From: Octopus vulgaris
Lineage: Eukaryota
DNA length: 64,000 bases
Assembly (NCBI GenBank): GCA_951406725.2
Contig: OX597833.1
Coordinates: 62,372,001 to 62,436,000, forward strand
Reading direction: 5' to 3'
Part shown: positions 62,225 through 64,000 of the stretch, one piece after another
How the letters are laid out: every line of letters starts with the position of its first letter
Position numbering within the stretch: position 1 is the stretch's first letter
The notes under the pieces: generated by a model
Databases searched by the model: none
Seen by the model: the letters and a program-made list of their open reading frames with translations, nothing else
Told to the model about the DNA's origin: nothing
Made by a program: the position numbers and the translations under genes

Positions 62225-63185
62225 CACTACCATCAGAAATTAATTAGCACCCTTGATTTGCTCTTCACTCAAGGTATGTGCTGTCACCTAGTGGCCATAT
62301 CTCGAACTATTGCTTTGTTGCGAGTTCACTGTTGCGCAGAACGATGATGTAACTTTGTTTGCAGAGCAGTTTGAGAGTCTACAGCCTTATGATGTTGACA
62401 TAGCAGTGCAACAACAACTTGGAGTGTGGATGCAGACAAATCTTCCTTTGTTTAATAGATATAGGTAGCGCCTCGCAAGGACCGAAATCACACCATACTA
62501 AGTTTTCTCATCGCGTAAGACGTTTTGAACAGCTCATAAGGTTAATTGATTTAACCTATTTAATGTAGAAATTTGAGAAGTGCTAATTAATTTCTGACGC
62601 AAGTGTACATACACTCACACACATGCATAATTGTAGATATATAGTCTTTTACTGCTTTTACTTATATATATATAAGGATAAAATTATTATTATAAAATAA
62701 TAATAATAATATCATTGGCCAGCATGCAATTAAAAACTATAGAGGTAAAAATTAATACAGATTCATTATTATATATAAAAATATTTCTATTTCTAGCATG
62801 TTGGTACTTTTTCCAAGTAGCCTTCATTATGATCATTTACTTTTATGTACTTTGTAAAACCGGAAAGGGCTAATGGCAAGGAACACATCTGGCTGTCAAA
62901 CAGTGCCTCAATAACATATTCATCCAACCCATGCTAACATGGAAATACAGATGTAAAACAGACAAATATATATTTCTTATATTTATTTGCTTATATGATT
63001 TTTTTTTTCTCACAGCAAATGGTGTCAGATGTCATAACATTCTTTGCCAATCTGGTCCGTGCTGCATTCTTGCCCGAGTCTCTGGAAAACCTACCGAGAG
63101 AAGAACGGGAAAAATATGGGATCTGGCCAGAAAACAAGCAGGAGATCCCTTTTGCCTGGCTGCCACACTGTGTCCGATGTGTTCG
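41019..63185 (+). CDS. EXOC2: Exocyst complex component 2 (Sec5), first 16 coding exons (about 550 aa), continues past window end
   Basis: N-terminal IPT/TIG Ral-binding domain [26 protein letters not shown]...[25 protein letters not shown]; conserved [69 protein letters not shown]. All exons GT-AG with consistent phases. Confidence 0.96.
42518..42782. mobile_element. Foldback MITE, Mutator-like
   Basis: Near-perfect palindrome GGTACTAGTAGCG...CGCTACTAGTACC with exact 9-bp TSD aagttaata (42509-42517, 42783-42791). Confidence 0.9.
43273..43443 (+). CDS. EXOC2: EXOC2 coding exon 2
   Basis: [57 protein letters not shown]. Confidence 0.95.
45030..45245 (-). mobile_element. CR1-type LINE 3' fragment
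   Basis: [29 protein letters not shown]. Confidence 0.75.
45413..45548 (+). CDS. EXOC2: EXOC2 coding exon 3
   Basis: [45 protein letters not shown]. Confidence 0.93.
46716..46759 (+). CDS. EXOC2: EXOC2 coding exon 4
   Basis: ttcag|[14 protein letters not shown]|gtgagt. Confidence 0.88.
47489..47571 (-). ncRNA. Minimal type I hammerhead ribozyme motif (Penelope-like pLTR type)
   Basis: ttttc-CTGATGA-gaaagcggcat...atgcagccttc-GAAA-catatg-TC-gaaaa: stem I 5 bp, long stem II, palindromic stem III, GUC site. Confidence 0.7.
48144..48213 (+). CDS. EXOC2: EXOC2 coding exon 5
   Basis: [23 protein letters not shown]. Confidence 0.93.
48951..49075 (+). CDS. EXOC2: EXOC2 coding exon 6
   Basis: [41 protein letters not shown]. 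Confidence 0.93.
50065..50395 (+). mobile_element. CR1/L2-type LINE 3' fragment
   Basis: [41 protein letters not shown], same family as 7890-8090; (ATT)n tail. Confidence 0.8.
50422..50493 (+). CDS. EXOC2: EXOC2 coding exon 7
   Basis: ttccag|[24 protein letters not shown]|gtaagt; phase 1-1. Confidence 0.85.
50808..51290. repeat. 59-bp minisatellite, about 8 copies
   Basis: Unit gatgttcaggtgaactttggttgtatctgtgttgcctgtgtgggacacatggaccta(c/t). Confidence 0.95.
51789..51934 (+). CDS. EXOC2: EXOC2 coding exon 8
   Basis: [49 protein letters not shown]. Confidence 0.95.
54850..54931 (+). CDS. EXOC2: EXOC2 coding exon 9
   Basis: [27 protein letters not shown]. Confidence 0.95.
55534..55636 (+). 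CDS. EXOC2: EXOC2 coding exon 10
   Basis: [35 protein letters not shown]. Confidence 0.94.
57187..57299 (+). CDS. EXOC2: EXOC2 coding exon 11
   Basis: [37 protein letters not shown]. Confidence 0.93.
57721..57804 (+). CDS. EXOC2: EXOC2 coding exon 12 (linker)
   Basis: Weak aaaag acceptor, [28 protein letters not shown]|gtaagt; phase 1-1. Confidence 0.7.
58849..59354. mobile_element. pogo/Tigger-type MITE
   Basis: ta|ccgtaaatcctcgagtataatcc ... ggactttactcaaggatttatgg with subterminal cgtattatac repeats. Confidence 0.7.
59455..59496 (+). CDS. EXOC2: EXOC2 coding exon 13 (42-nt linker microexon)
   Basis: ttttccttaccag|[14 protein letters not shown]|gtgagt; phase 1-1. Confidence 0.7.
60132..60567. 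mobile_element. MITE with GGATCTTTTCGGTTTGAACGGCAG-type TIRs, Mutator-like
   Basis: 9-bp TSD ggaaaaaat; internal ccctaa repeats; same family at 10412-11042 and fragments at 8140-8207 and 17028-17100. Confidence 0.8.
60627..60754 (+). CDS. EXOC2: EXOC2 coding exon 14
   Basis: [42 protein letters not shown]. Confidence 0.94.
61028..61335 (+). mobile_element. SINE-like retroposon family D with variable 5' tandem modules and (GAT)n tail (representative copy)
   Basis: gtgccggtggcacgtaaaaagcacc modules, gttggcgttaggaagggcatccagc core, ccaacccatgctagcatggaaagcggacg-(gat)n end; copies at 1424-1665(-), 3660-4040(-), 14180-14640(-), 18482-18725(-), 21790-22085, 41780-42183, 42873-43193, 46265-46470, 53400-53798, 54125-54545(-), 56027-56300(-). 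Confidence 0.8.
62097..62147 (+). CDS. EXOC2: EXOC2 coding exon 15
   Basis: cttcag|[17 protein letters not shown]|gtaagg. Confidence 0.85.
62225..62605. mobile_element. Tc1/mariner-type non-autonomous element
   Basis: ta|cactaccatcagaaattaattagcac ... gtgctaattaatttctgacgcaagtg|ta. Confidence 0.75.
63016..63185 (+). CDS. EXOC2: EXOC2 coding exon 16
   Basis: [57 protein letters not shown]|gtaaat. Confidence 0.93.
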
Positions 63186-64000
63186 GTAAATATTTAAATC
63201 TCTTTTATTCTTTTATTTGTCTCAGTTATTTGACTGTGGCCATGCTGGAGCACGGCCTTAAGTCGAGCAAATTGACCCCAGGACTTATTCTTTGTAAGCC
63301 TAGTACTTATTCTATCGGTCTCTTCTGCCGAACCGCTAAGTTACAGGAATCGAAACACACCAGCATCGGTTGACAAGCGATGTTGGGGGGATAAACACAC
63401 ACACACACATATGTACGATGGGCTTCTTTCAGTTTCCATCTACCAAATCCACTCACAAGGCTTTGGTTGGCCCAAGGTTATAGTAGAAGACACTTGTCCA
63501 AGGTGCCATGCAGTGGGACTGAACCCAGAACCATGTGGTTGGTAAGCAAGCTACTTACCACACAGCCACATCTAATTGATAATTACTAGAATCTCTGTGG
63601 TGGTTTAACCCTGGGTCAGCCCTGATCCAGCCAAACCTATGATCGTTACTGTCATCATTTAGCCCTGATCCAACAGATCTATGCTTGTTGTTGTTATTTA
63701 GCCCCAGGTCAGTGTTGATTGAGCTGAGCCATGATCAGTGGTATTCCAGCCTTAACCAACTTGTCTGTTGTTTTCCAGTCACAGTGTATCTAGGATTACA
63801 TCATCCTTCCCATGTTTAAGACAATCGTTTTAAGGATATTCGATGGCTATTTCTATCAGATTGAATGACTGCATAGAGACTCCTTGGTGGGATCATCACT
63901 AAATTAATGGTGTTGTTGTTGTTGGTTGTGGTGGCTATGGCTGAGTTGGTCGGATGCCTAAGTCTGAACAGAGCTGACCTGGGGCTACACAACAACAACA

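Overview
Repeat-dense, AT-rich eukaryotic DNA, most likely an octopus (coleoid cephalopod) genome judging from the SINE families and very long microsatellites (inference). Two intron-rich + strand genes could be rebuilt exon by exon with consistent GT-AG phases: a complete 10-exon RPAP3/Spaghetti R2TP co-chaperone gene (12289-29989, about 565 aa, one TPR domain) and the first 16 coding exons of EXOC2/Sec5 (41019-63185, running past the window end). An intact tRNA-Leu(TAG) gene lies between them on the - strand. The rest is SINEs, CR1/L2 and RTE LINE fragments, MITEs, Penelope-like fragments and satellites; nearly all other ORFs in the track are repeat artefacts. The most striking object is a 1.13-kb non-coding retroelement in RPAP3 intron 8 (26959-28088, - strand). 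It has a 15-bp target-site duplication, an RTE-type tail and five tandem 187-188-bp units, each foldable by hand into an HDV-like ribozyme, and its 5' end falls exactly at the predicted cleavage site. Several minimal type I hammerhead motifs are also present, including a recurring tRNA-head plus hammerhead composite. All RNA folds were derived by eye and are untested.
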